Translations under genes and position numbers: made by a program | The notes under the pieces: generated by a model | Databases searched by the model: none | The model's input: only the letters and a program-made list of their open reading frames with translations | Told to the model about the DNA's origin: nothing | Shown here: in pieces, positions 20,601 to 32,030 of the stretch | Layout of the letters: every line of letters begins with the position of its first letter | Numbering within the stretch: the stretch's first letter is position 1 | Origin: Antedon mediterranea | Taxonomy: Eukaryota; Animalia; Echinodermata | Assembly: GCF_964355755.1 (NCBI RefSeq) | Contig: NC_092671.1 | Span: 33,428,304-33,492,303 of the forward strand | DNA length: 64,000 nucleotides | Reading direction: 5' to 3'

Positions 20601-23600
20601 TCGTTGTTGGCTGTTGATTTGGAAAGCATCATCATCCACATGATGTATCCATACAATATGAATATTTATGAGCTAACTCAGGTCAAGGGTTAAATTAAAC
20701 CGGAACACATTTGTCTTCCAGACAAATAGCTTCCGGTTGGTTAATTTTTGCATTAAATTGCGATTTTCCCGTGTAAAAAATTATTTTTTTCAATCCAAAT
20801 TGAGGTCAAAGTGAATAACTTTTATGTGCAATTAAAATGGCCTATTCAACAAAAATATTGAAAAAAAAAATTTTTTCAGGGGGACAATACATCTTTAACC
20901 TCTTCAACAATTCTCCTCAGTGCAAGAATGTGCGTAGTTGTTGATCGTGCCTGACGAAAGCCATTCTGGTTGGGGCGTAAAACTTCATTAATCACAGGAC
21001 GTATCCTATTTAAAATCAGGCGATTGTAGATCTTTGCAGCCAATTTTGATAATGAAATACCCCTGTAGTTATCTGGTTTTGAAAGATCACCTTTTTTCGG
21101 GATATGAACGAAATTCCCCATTCTGATGGCCTGTTTCCATCAAGAATTTGATTGCAGAAAGAAGTGAGAGCTTTCTGGGTGCCAGGTAATTTCCATATTT
21201 TGATGGGAAGACCGTCAAGACCAGGTGCTTTGCCAGATTTCATCTGTTTGCAGGCAATTGACACCTCGGCCTCGGAGAACCTCTCGGAGCTTATCTGGTG
21301 GTTAAGTTGAAGATTTTGACGATATCCATGTCATCTACCACTGAAGTCTCCACCGATAGTAGTTTGTGGAAGTGAGTTTTCCATGCTAGAAGAAGTTGAT
21401 CTTAAGCTGTTGGCCGATGCTGGTTGACCGAAAAAAATGACCCAAAAAACACATTTTCTGGTTAAATTATTCTTTAAAATGTCAATGGACACACTGTATG
21501 GTATAAAATGGAAGCATATACAATATGCTACCCATTGCTACCCAACTTGTATTGAAATTTTTAATTAGAAATATAACTTTATGGAAAATGTGCATAATTG
21601 ACTTCAGTATTTAGAATTATTATTAATTTATCTTTATCAACTGGTACGACCTTTCCTGATGATTTGAAGTTGGGTCTAGTTACATTTATTTTAAAGAAAC
21701 CTTCACTGGATCATACTTGCATGGCAAATTTTCGATCTATTTCTAATGTCGCTTTTTTATCTAATTGATCCTTGAGAAATGCGTTGCTTTAGATCTCATA
21801 CATTTTCTTGACAACAATAATCTGTTCGACCCTCTTCAATCAGCATATAGAAAGCACCACAGTACAGAGTCAGCCATTCTCAAGGTGCATAATGATATTA
21901 TTTTAACTCTGAATAAAGGTAATTGTCTTTTTTCTGTGTACCTCGACCTGTCGGCAGCTTCTGATACCATGGACTATTCCATTCTTATTGCAAGACTCTC
22001 GTCTATTGGTATCTGTGGATCTGCTCTAAATTGGTTCAAGTCATATTTGTCTTCTAGGAAGCAGCAGGTCCGGATTGGTAATGTCAAATCCACCTCTATC
22101 GACCTGAAATGCGGTGTTCCTCAAGGATCAAGTTACTGGGTCCAGTATTGTTTTTAGTTTACATCTCGCCTATGAGTGATATCATTAAGAGACATTGTGT
22201 CCAATATCATGTGTACGCAGATGATACACAACTGTACATCAGCTTTAATCCAGCGAAATCGGTTATCGAAGCTTGTGTTGTTGATGTTCAGGATTGGCTA
22301 ACTAAAAACATGCTCTTTTTAAACCTGGTAAAACAGAAATCTTATGTCTTCATTCAAAACACTTCAAGAAATTGGCCATTGCTAGAAACATCAATCACAT
22401 CATCGTTGGAGGTTAGATATATCGGAGTTGTATTTGACTCAGCAACGATTATGTCCAGACATATCAACAACATTAGTCAATCTGATACCTACCACCTTCG
22501 TAACATAAGATCAATTCGCAAACACACTCCTCGCTTATTAAACTTGTCCATGCACTAATAACATCACGGTTAGACTACTGCAATGCCATTTTGTTTGGTC
22601 TACCAAATAAAGAACTTAATAAACTACAACTAAGTCTTTTCTTTTTGATACCAAATATTTCATTACAACGCTAGAATTATTTCACCTAAAATAAACTTAC
22701 ATTAATTTATACTCATTTTTGTCTAAATTTAATAAAATATGCATATTTTCCAAAAATAACATCACATAATTAAATACAAGTTGGGTAGCAATGGGTAGCA
22801 TATTGTATATGCTTCCATTTGATACCATACAGTGTGTCCATTGACATTTTAAATATTTAACCCGAAAATGTGTTTTTTGGTCAAAGGTCAGTAAAAGCAT
22901 TTCCGGCCATTTTTTTGGGTAAAAGTTGTGTTAGACCGAATATAAATATGTATATTCTGAACAATTTGACACCAAAAGCAAATCTGTATGACAAGTGGTT
23001 GTCGAGATATAAGAACCACACATTTCTAACCCTTGACCCCGATTTTGGCATTTTCGCCCCAGATAACGAATTTGACACATATCCCATATTGTTCCTTGGG
23101 GTCAAATTATCCTATAACAGTTGAGATATTCTCTCCTAAATTGAATGCATACAAATCTTACTCAGGTCCTACACTAGCAGTAGTTATTAATGAATAAAGG
23201 TCAATGACCTTTGACCCGACTATCTGACCATTGGCACAAGTAACCCGAAATTTGCAAAAACTTTATTTTGTTGTTTGACCACTAAAACATAGATGTAGAA
23301 ACCACATTTGTCTTTTTAAACCCAGGAGTTGAGGAGTTATGAGCCATCAAATGCCACAAAAAGGTCACTGACCTTTGACCCTCAATATCTCACTAACGCA
23401 GCAACTAGAAGGCTGCAAAAATTTTTTGGTAATTATTGACACCTAAAGCTACAAGAAAATACCAAAAGACCTTTTATTAGAATTTTTTCAAGGTCAAACC
23501 ATATATAGCCTCTACTATATATGCAGTAAATTAATCCACAACCTCTCTTGTATATCCTGAAAGCACAATCTAACCTGCAATATCTGGACTTAGATAATTC

Positions 23601-26600
23601 TTAATCTCTTTCAAAATGAATTGAATATCGTCTTCAGTTGGAGCTGGATGTTCTGTTACTTCACAAGCACTGTCTGTTGTGCCAGCAATTGTGGATTTCT
23701 GCCATGGAAGGAAGAAGATCACTCTGCCATCGCTGGTTGATGGATCAAGAAGACCCATGGCAGCAGGACTACAAAGAGAAAGGTTTATGGTTCAGATTTT
23801 TATGCCCTGTGACATAGTCAAGGATCTATTAAAACAATGTTTAAATAATTTTTGTTATGTTACTACCTGAAGTCTTCTTGGATAGGGACTTATTGTGTAC
23901 ACCAGCCAGTGTACATAACTGGCTGGTGTGCACTCTAACAAAATCCATTTCATCTTTCGGAAGAGTAGGGGGTAACCCCAGTGTACTAGTCCATTCAGCC
24001 CTGTTGTGGACAGACGGACAGGTGCCATTTGGTGGCAGCACATGAAGGAATCCTTATGGGAGAAGTTACTGCAGGGTTTTTTTTAAACTGACAATTACCT
24101 ACCTGTAGTAATCTGGTAAAACAATGTGTATTCCTGCACTAGGCTGGCAGATCTTGGTCTTCTGAGGATCATCCATTAGACGGATATTATCTGTGCAAGG
24201 ACCTGTGGCATTGATGACACATTTAGCTAGCACTGTAAACTCTTTACCTTTTTCAATAAAAAATATTAGAGGTGTAAAGAGGGTAGAATATATGTTGTCA
24301 GTTACACATTATATGTTCTCAGATAAAAGGAATAAACGTAATACAGGAAAAACTATGTTCAATTTGGCTATTAAGAAAATGTATCAATTTAAAACAGAAT
24401 CAATTGATCAGTTTTGTTGATTTTGTGCAACAATATGAAATCTTACTACCAAAAACTACAACTGGGTCAAATCGTAAGGTAAAAATCGTTTATGCATACA
24501 GTTTCATTTAAACAAGGCCTGGTCATTCATGCAAAAAGGCAGGCCTAGGTGAAAAAATAGTTAATAAAGAAAATTATTATTTCCAATAGCAAAAGGATTG
24601 CCTTTTAATTAACGTGGTATTTTTATTTATTAATTATTATTATTTCTTTATACTGGGTAGACTCTTCAGTCAAAGACTGTTCACCCAGTGGGCCCAGTTA
24701 TGATAAGTGACTGCGTGCGACAGTGTCTGTGTGTACTAGTACACTGAGGTAACCCCTACAGAAAGACAAGGTGCACATGAGCTATATGTGTACACTGGAA
24801 ATACAGTTAAAAGTTCTTATCCGAGAAGACTTGTTCTACCACCAGAACCATAGAGCGAAGTGAGCCTCGCAACCTTGCCGATGTTATGGCTATGTAATTA
24901 CAGTTCCACTGTCTTGTGGTTACTAACCCAAAGCCAAAATAAATATATATATTTGTTAGACCTTATTATACTGAATCAAGTTCCACATTTGCTACAATAT
25001 CACCTGCAAACCAACAATGAATGTATGCGCTATGTAAGTTGTTTTACATCATCAATAAATAATATCATTATGCTAACCTGTGTATCGATCCTTGACCAAA
25101 GCGCCACGAACCACCAGCTTGCCATTCTCATCCTTCTTCTTAATCAGTTCTTTCACTTCTGTATGGTTAGTTATTGTGGCACCCATCCTAGCAGCTGTCA
25201 TGGCAATAGCCAAGTTCATACGAGCATCATTATGAGCTCCTAAAGAAATAAAAGTTGAACAGTAATGCATGCTTTCTTAGGTAAGTTATAGCTTAGAACT
25301 AAAAGATCATAAGATTGAATCTAAGCAAGACATTTATGTATATGTATTTTTTAGGGCTTTTAATAAAACAATCATTATTTTTATTATATAATAAAAAAAG
25401 AAGAAAGTGAATTTCACAAAAAGAGAAAACAAAAATTACCATCATAGTAGACAATAGCGCCAACAAGTTTCTCCTTTTTAAGCATTGGGAATAGTTCAAG
25501 AGCTCTTGTTTTTGACAGGTAGTAACTAGACTGCAAATTTTGCCTTCCAGCAACAAAGTCATACATCTTGATACCTGCCCAAAAGTAGGGCACCTGCCAC
25601 CATCTGGGGGTTAAAAATAGATCAATTAAATTAGTCCTTTTTTTTCTTATCCACAAGTGTTGTTTCCACTAGCGACATAAAGCAGCGACGTAGTGCTTTA
25701 TTGCATAATCAAAAGTGGGAACCGATAATGCAACAGTGCTGCAAACATTGCAGATTTGATTTCAAAATGATTGGAAGGGCATTTTCTTATGTTGCGTAGG
25801 TTGCGGGGGTGGTGTGGTGGTTTGTGATGTCATTTTTTGCCAGGGCTCGGGGTTGTAGGCTATTGAATTGTAAAATTATACTACAAAAGTTTTACAGTAT
25901 TTTAATTATCCTCAGCAAGGCGTATATAGATATACATATTTTATTCATTAACCAATATGACACCTATTCATTTACACATTTAGCAAAGTACTTTAACCAT
26001 ATCCAGCTATGTATCGGTTTCTTGGATTGTCTCAGTACAGACATCCATTCCTGTTACTGTGTTCAACTACACCACCAATCCTCCAAGGGAAAAACGCCCA
26101 TTTTGGGAGAGTGGGGTTGGGAGATAGGGTTTGGGTTCAGAGGATAGTGGGGATTTTGCTTAAACCAGAATTGTGGTTGGAAAATGTTAAAGTATTTAAT
26201 CATCCCTGGGAAGCGGATGGGAGTTTGGGGTGGGGATGTAGGCCTATGACCATGACCGAAACTGTATTTGGAATGTTTTAAACTACATTTGAAAACTGCC
26301 ACTGAGGGATTATGGGTTGGGAGTGATAATAACAAAATTTGTACTGGAACCGGCTTTTCAACACATCACCCAGTGTATCTGGGGTGTGTTTGTAGGGGGA
26401 GGAGGAGCGATAATACTAGCGATTGTACTAGGAAAAGTTACTAAATTTGAACTGTCCAGGGGAGGAGTTAAGGTTTGTTGATAGTGGCTGGGGTGGTGAA
26501 AGGAGAAAGAAGGCTGGGGGACCGCAGTATCTAAATTACATATTTTCATTATCAGCCAATATGACACCTATTCATTTACACAATTTACAACGTGCTTCAA

Positions 26601-29100
26601 CCATTATTAGACCCATCGTAGCTATGCATATTCCTCTCAATTCGAAGCTTAGGTTGAATTGAATTTGTCCATCACTGGGAAGAATTTGTTTTTAAGAAAG
26701 AGTATGGGGTGTTATTGAAGAGGGGTGGAGGTTGGCGAGTATAGACAGATACTGGCGTCGGGTGTTATGTACTGAGAAGGCTGTAAACTAATTTTGACAA
26801 TTGCTAGTTACCTATAAACTGGAAGCATAATGGGCAGTTGATAAGACAGATGTGGAGCTATGTCCAAAAGATTTGCTCTTTCATGAAGGGCCTCTTTCAC
26901 CAAGCGATACTGAAAGATAAAAAAACATGATCAGACAGCATAGTGAAAATTTATTTATAGTTTTGGTTGAATAGTTGTAAAATAAAAGTTTCCTGTATTT
27001 GTGAAAACTTACACATTGACTCTTAATGTATTATAGTTTAAGGAGTTTCTTTGAGTATTTCTATAGTGATGCAATTTTTCTTTTTCTAGCTACAGTTATT
27101 AGAGTTTTGATATGGAGGAAATAATTCCAAAATAAAAGAATTATTAATTGACATTAAAAAAAGCAAAAAAGCTATATGAATGTGTTTGTAAAGATTCTAT
27201 AGCCAAATAAGAATAATTAAAATAAGAATAATTAAAAAAGAAATATAAATAAATTGTTATGAAACTGGAGAGCATTGAACATAGTGATGCCTTCAAGACT
27301 CAGCCACTTGACACGCAAAAACTTACCTAATAATACCTAAATATACATACATTAAATTCCTATAAAGAGGACACATTTGAGACACAGAATATTGTCACCT
27401 CAATAGAGATTGTCTGTATTGTTGAATTGAATTGAAATATTTTATTTATACTGGGTAACCTCTTCAGTCAAAGACTGGATCCCAGAGGGCCCAGTTGTGA
27501 TCAGTGGCTGTGATGTACAGTACTAGTAAACTGGTGTAACCCCTTACTCGTCCTCAAAGATGTATTAGGTTCTTTAAAGTGCACATGTGTACACTGGACC
27601 TACGGTTTATAGTCCTTATCCAAGAAGACTCGTTCTACCACCAGAACCATTGCGCGAGTGAGCCTTGAATCCTTGCCGATGTTATGTCTACATAATTACG
27701 GTTCCACTATCTTAACCGCTTGGCCAATCACTCATGTGTCAAAACATATATCAGCCATTGTTTGTTTCATGGAAAGTGTCCCCTTAATCAGGGTGTCCAC
27801 TAAATAGGGTGTCCCAATGGAGGGCTTCAATTATACTGTACCTGTTCATAATCTAAACCCATAATAGCCTTTTGTAAGTATCGAACACCACCATGTATTA
27901 GTTTGGTGCTTCTGCTACTAGTTCCTGATGAAAAATCATACTTTTCCACAAGAGCTGTCTTTAAACCTATCAATAAAAAATGTTAAAATCAACATTTGTA
28001 AATGTAAATGGGGGAATAAGTTCCAACTTACTTGGCTGAATTGCGCACAGGTGTGAACAGAATTTAAATCAATGAAAATATATTTAAATATATAATGGAC
28101 CGTTCTCAATAACTGTGTGGCCAAAAGGCTTTGAGACCTTGTGATGGGTTGAAAAGATACCAGAGTCTGAATTTTGAGATTATTATTAAAGCTAGCCAGC
28201 CTGGATCGGTGCCTGAATATCTACATACTTGATAACTGACCATTCATTCCTTAGGGTAGGGTACTCATCTTTTCTTTGAATGACTTCACATTAGGTACAG
28301 AGATCTCATCTAGTAGTGAATTCCATTCACCCACAACCCGATTTGCAAAGAACTGTTTCCCAAAATCTTCTTGAAGTGACCTATCAAACCTTTATATTAT
28401 AGCTCCATAAAAATTACTCACCTCTGGTTGCGGAATCCAAGGCAACTCCAGATCCCGTGGCGCCCCCACCAATCACTAAGACATCGTACTCGTGGGTTTG
28501 TTGAAGTGCCTGTACTTGTTGTTCACGTGTTGGCAGTTGGTTCTGATTGTTAGCATCACGTAGCTCAGCAGCTATAACGTGCGTTAATCGTTGCTGAATT
28601 AAAAGGATAATGTGTATTTAGTGGAAAAACCTAAATAAAAAATAAACTTGCAAGGTCTGCGGCATAATGCAGAAAAAATTCCCCTGGTTTTAGAACTCCT
28701 AAGAACCCTCCAACGCTTGGAAGTTGCAATGGGGCTGCTCGTGCTCTAGGCCTCTTAAGGCTCTGGGCTCCTGGGTTTAGCCAGTGAGTGCTCATAGCCA
28801 TTAGGGGGGGGGGGGGGATACATTGTTGGTTAACAAAGGTGTAGCCTAAAAACCAAGGTTTAAGGCTTAATTACATTTTTTTTTTGCTTTATGCATTCAT
28901 ATTCTTGTAATTGTTATAGAAAGTTGAATGGGGAGAATATTAGTTAAGTGAAAGTGTTACTCCATTAGGCCTGTTAAAGATGTTCTTACTCGATTCAATT
29001 CTTGCTTTGAACTTCGTAGAAGAACATAAGTTGCTGTTGCTGCTCCACCACCTATGAGTAGACCACCAACGGCAAGGCGTTTTATATTCCGGTATGCCAT
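11673..29100 (-). CDS. GPD2: Mitochondrial FAD-dependent glycerol-3-phosphate dehydrogenase with C-terminal EF-hands (723 aa)
   Basis: 15 phase-compatible exons total 2172 nt: 29100-28990, 28593-28422 ([14 protein letters not shown]), 27966-27842 ([19 protein letters not shown]), 26909-26812, 25603-25440, 25239-25078, 24247-24103, 23768-23575, 16023-15889 (AWSGIRPL), 15643-15465 (GGKWTTYR), 14800-14669, 14037-13879, 13687-13502, 12532-12434 ([13 protein letters not shown]), 11783-11673. Confidence 0.96.
11863..11995. repeat. 19-bp minisatellite, about 7 copies
   Basis: Variant units AGATAAACAACATTGGATA and AGATAGAGAACATTGGATA. Confidence 0.9.
13036..13072 (+). ncRNA. Minimal type I hammerhead ribozyme (Penelope-like-element type)
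   Basis: GCA-CTGATGA-A-GGGC(TAGTGTT)GCCC-GAAA-GCTC-TGC: intact core, stem I GCA/TGC, stem II GGGC/GCCC, palindromic AGCT stem III and a UC cleavage site. Confidence 0.8.
13240..13343. mobile_element. Short inverted-repeat element (MITE-like)
   Basis: 31-bp perfect arms at 13240-13270 and 13313-13343. A second family member is at 58071-58263. Confidence 0.75.
14459..14629. mobile_element. Short degenerate Kolobok-type element
   Basis: TTAA..AGATGTATTGTTCCC ... GGGGGACAATATGTATCT TTAA; same termini as the elements at 18444 and 52684. Confidence 0.65.
16125..16371. repeat. 60-bp minisatellite, about 4 copies, GPD2 intron
   Basis: Consecutive 60-nt lines are identical. Confidence 0.95.
17363..21395 (-). 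mobile_element. 5'-truncated RTE-clade LINE (RT), split by a Kolobok-type insertion
   Basis: [46 protein letters not shown] motifs; (TAAG)n 3' tail at 17363; approximate TGACC(C)AAA duplication at both ends. Confidence 0.88.
18444..20894. mobile_element. Kolobok-type non-autonomous DNA transposon (2451 bp)
   Basis: TTAA duplication at 18440-18443 and 20895-20898; TIR AGATGTATTGTCCCC/GGGGACAATACATCT. RR...YY termini with a TTAA TSD are Kolobok hallmarks. Confidence 0.82.
21640..22635 (+). mobile_element. L2/CR1-group LINE RT fragment
   Basis: [35 protein letters not shown] and SRLDYCN motifs across frameshifts. Confidence 0.88.
24630..24925 (-). mobile_element. tRNA-derived SINE copy
   Basis: Reverse complement of the 2650 SINE head and body, with a different 3' tail. 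Confidence 0.75.
25803..26110 (+). mobile_element. Fragment of the Helitron 5' non-coding region in a GPD2 intron
   Basis: Near-identical to the reverse complement of about 44880-45210 (ORFs 25809 and 45001 share [17 protein letters not shown]). Confidence 0.85.
27430..27735 (-). mobile_element. tRNA-derived SINE copy
   Basis: Same head and body as 2650, same tail as 24630. Confidence 0.78.
28240..28390 (-). mobile_element. CR1-like LINE 3' fragment
   Basis: Translates [14 protein letters not shown], a typical CR1-group ORF2 C-terminal motif. Confidence 0.6.
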
Positions 29101-30614
29101 TCTTTACTATGGAAAAACATTTTTATTTAGTAAAAAAACAACAATAAGCTTTGATTTGATATGAATTTGCCATCTTGATACAAAAGGTGTAGGACTAGCA
29201 GGTATGTAAGGTAAAATAAAGTTTTAGATATAGGCTATATATAAATCTTTATTGTATTCTTTCCATAGCATTATTTTTTCAATTATCTATATATAAATTA
29301 TGGTTAATTCTGGCATAGGCGAGCACAATGCAAAAACTTCGGTACAAATCTCCGCCTTGGATACCTACCTTATCTATCTGAAATGTACCGCGAAACGTAG
29401 ATTTGATAACATTAGTGTTCACAGCGACGCTATTGTTCCATATTTCTATCTTAGGAAGATATTATAAAGAGTTTTTTAACAAAATTTATGATTTCAACAT
29501 TAGATTTTCCTCTCAATATCAATTCTTCCTGGTCAAAGTAATTTCCGGGTTTAAGATAAGTTCACCTTGCAACAACCTGGTTTCAAATATTTTCTCTCTT
29601 TTATACACAAGGGAGCAGTTAAAATAATAGATTTGACCCTAAAGGTGACGGGAAACAGGCACTTTCCATCAATCAATACAATAGTATTATAAAATTACAT
29701 AGGGAGATTTGATGATAAGACATTTTTCGAGTGAAATCCTGATAGCTGAATTTTATTGAGTAAGCTTGCAGGGATAACTGTAGGCTATCTTCCTGTGTCC
29801 CGTTAGGACCGAGATGTCTGCCCATGTTGCAAGCCGTAATGTCTTCTTTCTTGGGCCCACTCTGTCACGGCAGTTAGTTTCAAAAGATGATTAAATTAAA
29901 TAATGTATTAATAATTATTAGGATGGTATTCATTTGAATAAACGCCTCTCCAATAAAACATCACTTTGAATAATAATTCCCCCCCCCAACCCAACTATCT
30001 AATAAACGTCCATCCACATATTTATAATAACACAATTATACTATTTGTAGTAGAATTCACCGCACTGTTATCTACAATTTAACAAGCATTTGTTATTCTT
30101 TTTTACCACTTTCAATATCTATTAGAGGATTTCATTTGATTATAAATGTTACCATATTATTAAAACTAAAAAATTTAACATATCCCTCGAATAAGCACCT
30201 CCCTCAAATGACCTGACTCCCCAAAGGGCCCTACCAAACAATAAAAACTATACTTTAAAATGTTATTAATCATCTAAAACACTGTGAAACAAAGTAGTTT
30301 AGTTTTACGAATGTCAAGCATTTTCAATAATGGTAACCGACAGAAAACGTATAAGGAGAACACTATCATTCCGAGAACCATCGTCTACACTTCCTAGAGG
30401 GGGAGCGAGTGAAGCGAGCTCACCCTCTAGTCTTGATCAATTTCATCTAGCTATCAATTTTTCAGAGTGTATTCATTATAGCCAGGAATAAATAAGCTGT
30501 TCATGGTGCATGATTTAATGAATTCAATCAAGTTTATCTTGTCTTCTCACAATCAGCTTTTATACTTTCAGGTCATACTTTTTTAATTAAAAGTTTTTTT
30601 AATTTTCGACAATC

Positions 30615-31240
30615 AAACTAGGCTAGGCCTAGGAAGGAGTCCTATAGCTAGGCATTATTTAAACATTTGCTTGGACAAAAATAACAAACTTAATATAGGC
30701 CTAGGCTAGGCCTATTATTATTATTAGCCTAGCCTAGCTTACCTATTTTTTTAAAAACTGTTTATATAGGCCTAACTTAACTATTATTAAAGTTAAAAGT
30801 ATATACTTTCTTTGACAGTGCGTCACCTAAATAGCTAGCTAGGCCTCTTGAGTCTTTCCTATGATAGACCTACTGCTATTTATTAGGCTAGGCCCTGGCC
30901 TATACATATAGGCTACAACAATACGCCTAGGCCCAGGCTAGCCTAACTAGCTAGTCTACTACTACTACTACTGTAGATAGGCCTAGCCTAGTTCCTACAG
31001 GGCTAGCTATAGTACTAGTAGTGGGCCTGGCCCTAGCCTTTAGGTTAAGGGGCCTCTAGGCCTATCTACCTAGGCCTATTGTTAGTTAGGCCTTAGATAG
31101 TATAGGCCTAGGCCTAGGCTAGCCCTAGAGGCTAGGTTAGGTACCTACCTAGCCTACTTACTACTACTACTAGCCTCTAGGCCTAGCCTATAGGCTAGTA
31201 GGGCAGGCTAGCTAGCCTGGCCCCCTAGCCTAGCCTCTAT
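30615..31240. repeat. Low-complexity TAGGCCTA/CTAG/TAC-rich tract
   Basis: Dozens of TAGGCCTA, GCTAG and (CTA)n words. Confidence 0.85.
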
Positions 31241-31338
31241 CTCTTCTATGAGTCTCAGTCTGAAACAACTGAGCAGGCCTTTCTTATAATAGTATATTTT
31301 TATTTAGTCTGATCAATTAATCGCATAATATTAATTAC

Positions 31339-31520
31339 CAGCACTGTAATATTACTGTGAATGGGACTAGAGAAAACTACAGTATCCAGGGCAGGGCCGC
31401 CGATGATGAGTTATCTGTTAATTATGTGCTGCCGCCGGCCGACTGAAGTGTGTCAAGGATCGAGCTAACCACACCGCCGAGAACTTTCCGTCATTTTTAC
31501 ATTGCGAGCACTGTCACTCT
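31339..31520 (-). promoter_or_regulatory. Putative non-coding first exon / promoter of GPD2
   Basis: Locally GC/CpG-rich patch ending in a donor-like CTG|GTAATT at 31339. The GPD2 ATG exon has an acceptor at 29106, so an upstream UTR exon is expected. Confidence 0.45.
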
Positions 31521-31962
31521 GTAGGAAGTATACATCATATCATGTGAAATCATGTATGCTGGCCCTCATGCGGCTGTGTAATGCATTGCTTACTTTTTAG
31601 GCTTGATTGGTTTATTTTCAGATTCCAAGAGATTACATAAAATTTGAATGTATAAAAATAAAGTTTTTTATTGATATATTGTTCCCCACATGAAAAATGA
31701 AGATAAATAAAATCAGACGTCACGGTTCACTTTAAAACCCATAATCTGACAGAGAATTTGAATGATTTCTACTTTAAATACTGTTTCTATGATTCAACAG
31801 TATGATTTATATAATTTACACAGTGTTACGCAACTCTCTTGATTTACATATATACACACTAATATTTTAAAAACCGTTGCGGAATTTATTCTGACTAGTT
31901 AAGCCTCCACTAATTGTGAGGGCGTTTGTTATATGAGAGAAGGTATCTGGTGGGTGAAAATG

Positions 31963-32030
31963 GGCTCTGTGGTCTAGTGGTATGATACTCGCCCTATAAG
32001 CGAGAGGTCACACCGGTTCGAATCCCGCAA
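31963..32030 (+). pseudogene. tRNA-Pro-derived pseudogene or repeat head
   Basis: GGCTCTGTGGTCTAGTGGTATGATACTCGC...GCGAGAGGTC...GGTTCGAATCCCG resembles tRNA-Pro but has an aberrant anticodon loop and no 3' acceptor strand. Confidence 0.65.

Larger units (their letters stand above)
16720..23519. mobile_element. Long inverted-repeat (foldback) element with nested insertions
   Basis: Left arm 16720-17362 plus 21438-~21600 is the reverse complement of right arm ~22700-23519. Confidence 0.85.

Noticed and set aside
16720-23519. Polinton/Maverick assignment for the long-TIR element
   Set aside because: Ends resemble AGTA(C/G), but there is no 6-bp TSD and no Polinton gene remnant.
25809-26147. 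Duplicated small protein gene (matches ORF 45001-45279)
   Set aside because: The similarity comes from a Helitron non-coding segment; the ORFs have different ends and no recognisable domain.
28804-28817. Poly-G run as a G-quadruplex element
   Set aside because: Single homopolymer inside a probable repeat remnant; no supporting evidence.
31963-32030. Functional tRNA-Pro gene
   Set aside because: No 3' acceptor strand and an abnormal anticodon loop.
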